Source: Mobula hypostoma
Taxonomy: Eukaryota
Length of the DNA stretch: 64,000 nt
Assembly: GCF_963921235.1 (NCBI RefSeq)
Contig: NC_086097.1
Span: 210,678,001 to 210,742,000, forward strand
Direction: 5' to 3'
Made by a program: the position numbers and the translations under genes. The notes under the pieces were generated by a model, which was given only the letters and a program-made list of their open reading frames with translations, searched no databases and was not told the DNA's origin. This document shows positions 61,100-64,000 of the stretch, piece after piece (within the stretch, counting starts at the first letter, position 1; every line of letters begins with the position of its first letter).

Positions 61100-62050
61100 T
61101 GAGGATCAGAGGTGGAGAGGGTATGTAACTTTAAATTCGTGGCTATCACTTTCTCAGAGAACCTGTCTTGGGCCGATCATATAAATATAACTGCACAGAA
61201 AGCCTGCACTTCCTCTGGAGTCTGTGGAGACTGGACATGTCATCAAAATCCTTGGCAAATTTCTACAGATGTGTGGTGGAAAATGTGCTGACTAACTGCT
61301 TAATGGCCTGGTATGGGGACACCAATACCTTTGAATGGAAAATCCTACAAAAGGTACTAGATTTGGCCCTGCACATCATGGGTAAAACCCTCCTAACCAT
61401 TGAGCATATCTTACATGAAACAATGCCGTAGGAAAGTAGCATCCCTTATCAAAGATCCTCATCACCCAGGCCATGCTCCGTTCTCACTGCTACCATCAAG
61501 TAAAAGGTACAGGAGCCTCAGGACTTGTACCACCAGGTCCAAGAACAGTTACTACCCCTCAACCATCAGGCTTTTCAACAAAATGAACACTCATTTAAGG
61601 AATTTTTCCTCTAGTTATTTCATGTTCGTTATTTATTGCTACTTATATATATCTGCATTTGCACAGTATGTTGTCCACTGTTTACAGTTACTGGTCTATA
61701 GATTTGCTAAGTATGCCCACAGAAAAAGAATCTCAGGGTTTTATAGAAACATAGAAACAAAGAAAATAGGTGCAGGAGTAGGCCATTCGGCCCTTTGAGC
61801 CTGCACTGCCATTTATTATGATCATGGCTGATCCTCCAACTCAGAACCCCGCCCCAGCCTTCCCTCCATACCCCCTGACCCCCGTAGCCACAAGGGCCAT
61901 ATCTAACTCCCTCTTAAATATAGCCAATGAACTGGCCTCAACTGTTTCCTGTGGCAGAGAATTCCACAGATTCACCACTCTCTATGTGATGACGTGTATA
62001 TAATCTGATAATAAATTTTACTTTGAATGTAGAACTTTTTTTGAACTTTG
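61100..62050 (+). mobile_element. Rex1/Babar-type LINE 3' part
   Basis: NFYRCVVENVLTNCLMAWYG, CRRKVASLIKDPHHPGH..FSLLPS.KRYRSL; gaactttt tail. Confidence 0.85.
61743..61983 (-). mobile_element. Young CR1 3' end nested in the Rex-type 3'UTR
   Basis: Near-identical to the reverse complement of 36395-36634. Confidence 0.9.
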
Positions 62051-64000
62051 ACCTCCTTTCACTATTCTTACATCTCCAACCAACCGCTGCTGCATCCTGC
62101 ACCTCTTCCTTACCTAGTCTGAAGAGCAGGGAAGACAGTAGAGCTGGCAGTTCTTCTAAAGTCTTATCATGATTTAGAAGATTGATGCAACTCCTACTGA
62201 AACAATAATGTTGAGTTTAAGCGAGGCTGGGAATCTGCCTAGATAAATCTCTAATGAATGTTTGTAAAGCTGAACTTCATAACAGTCTTGAGTGAAATGA
62301 GAATTAGCGTTTTCCCAGTGAGGTTTTCTACTGCTTTCCATTATTGTGCTTCAGAGAATGATTGATTAACTGCAGTTACATGCACCACCCCTGCATTGAT
62401 GTATATCTGAAACAGAAATAAGGATTCTAACAGTAACATTACATCCACAGTCTGAACAGATTTTATGAACAACTATGCTCACAGTAAATGGGAAATAATA
62501 TTCTAAATGGGAGTATGTTATAAAATAATTATTATCCCAGAAAGTAATAATTTTAGTTAGTGTGGACTCTTTTCATTTACCTACAATGCACATGGACTTA
62601 AAACCTCCCAAAAGCCCTGCTCCAGCCCAAATGAATAATAAAAAAAAACGCAGATGCAGGAAATCTAAAATGAAAACCAGGATTGCTGAGATTATTCAGC
62701 AGGTCATGTAGTACCTGTGGAGAGAAACAAAGGGCTAATATTTCAATTCAATGAATCTTTACAGAGACGAAAATGGGTGAAAAGACCGAAGAGAATGTTC
62801 GTGAGAGAATGGAAACCAAGGTTGCCCAAGTGATACCATTGCTCTTGCTGTCCTCTGACAGAAGGATCAATCTGGAGAAGTTTGTGAGAGGAAGCTAAGA
62901 CAGAAAAAAAACCTGAAATACCTTTTGATTGCACTTCATAGGTTCTAAATCTTAGAATTCTCTCTCCAACACAATTGGAGCGCCCTTTATCAGCAGTGGT
63001 TAAAGAAGGCTATGCATCCACCACCTCCTCAAGGACAGCATGTGTGAGTAATAAACGCTGGCCTTGCTAAGAATGATCTTCACATCCCAGAAAATAAACA
63101 ATTACTGTAAAATTGGCATTCCGTCTTATTTTCTTTAATAAATGCATTATTCTATTTACCTCTCTTTCCACTTCTTGCACACACTTTCCCTATCTGCCAG
63201 AGCGAGGTTTGAGAGTCTTAATTCATGCACTGGAACTGGTTGCTAGGAGGTGTGAGGCCAGCTAAGTGTTTTTTTGCTTCGTACTCCCTCTCTGTGAAAT
63301 TGTAATAGATAGCAATCTCCTCACCCCCCCTCCCCCAGCTGTGAAGCGCTTTTGAAATGTGAAAATACAATGAGTAGAATTGAATCATACCACTCTATTA
63401 ATGCATGACCCAAAAGTTTACATCCTTTAAAATATGGTATCCACTGTATTTTCTTTTGTCTTTTTACCAGTCAAATTAGCTGACATGAAATACAACGTCT
63501 CTGTGTGAAATATTTTGTACTGCTGCATCCAATGAATTTGTACATTTTAAGAGTAGAGAGTATTCTGACTACTTTCTGGGAAAATGTTTTTTTTCTCTCT
63601 GTAGGGCCTTTCTGATTGACAGAAGTACTTTCTCTCACTATTTGTAATAGATGAAAAGGCACAGTATAAATTTCTGATAGTGAACTGACACACAGGCTGT
63701 TGAAGCATCAAGAACAAAGTGATATTTGGCAGTGAGAAATTGATCTTAGGGAAGGAGCTGCCCACAGTGAGTAAGTATTTAAATGTTTGTTCAGAGCATT
63801 TGGAAAAAAACGAATGGTTTGGAATTTAGACTCCCTATGTTGCATAACCAAGAAGTCTTTTTCTGTTTCACCTTCATTTCCATAACTTCACACTTCCATA
63901 ACTTTTACCCCTTTCTTTTGATCTTTTGAATTTCTTCTCAGATGTGACTCCATGGGGATAGGTAACACCCAACCTATTTAATATGTGTGAACTCAGGCAA

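Noticed and set aside
62116..62407. Minus-strand coding exon between ttatttctgtttcAG and AG|GTAAGG
   Set aside because: The long version has stops in all frames, and the shorter open version gives no recognisable peptide.

Overview
This is vertebrate nuclear DNA, AT-rich and dominated by repeats. The repeat complement (CR1 LINEs, Rex1/Babar-type LINEs, HE1-like V-SINEs, Penelope elements) suggests a cartilaginous fish, probably a ray; this is an inference. I found no convincing host protein-coding exon, so the window is probably intronic or intergenic. Most long ORFs are LINE ORF1/ORF2 pieces or their antisense shadows. The most notable feature is a decayed class III (ERV-L/ERV-S-like) endogenous retrovirus at ~52719-57898. 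Its gag-end/pro/RT/RNaseH/IN-zinc-finger block lies on the minus strand, back-to-back with a plus-strand gag-end/pol-tail/env/PPT/LTR block, and the gag C-terminus is present twice as an inverted duplicate. The env is gamma-type and is split by a young CR1 exactly inside the immunosuppressive domain. Also present: a four-level TE nest (Penelope > CR1 > solo LTR > non-autonomous LINE derivative), fossil minimal hammerhead ribozymes in Penelope termini, a well-preserved RTE 3' end, a non-autonomous retroposon headed by a YY1 motif, a 56-bp minisatellite derived from a LINE, and a Tc1-like double-TIR hairpin. All family calls come from reading motifs by eye, and boundaries are approximate unless a junction is quoted.
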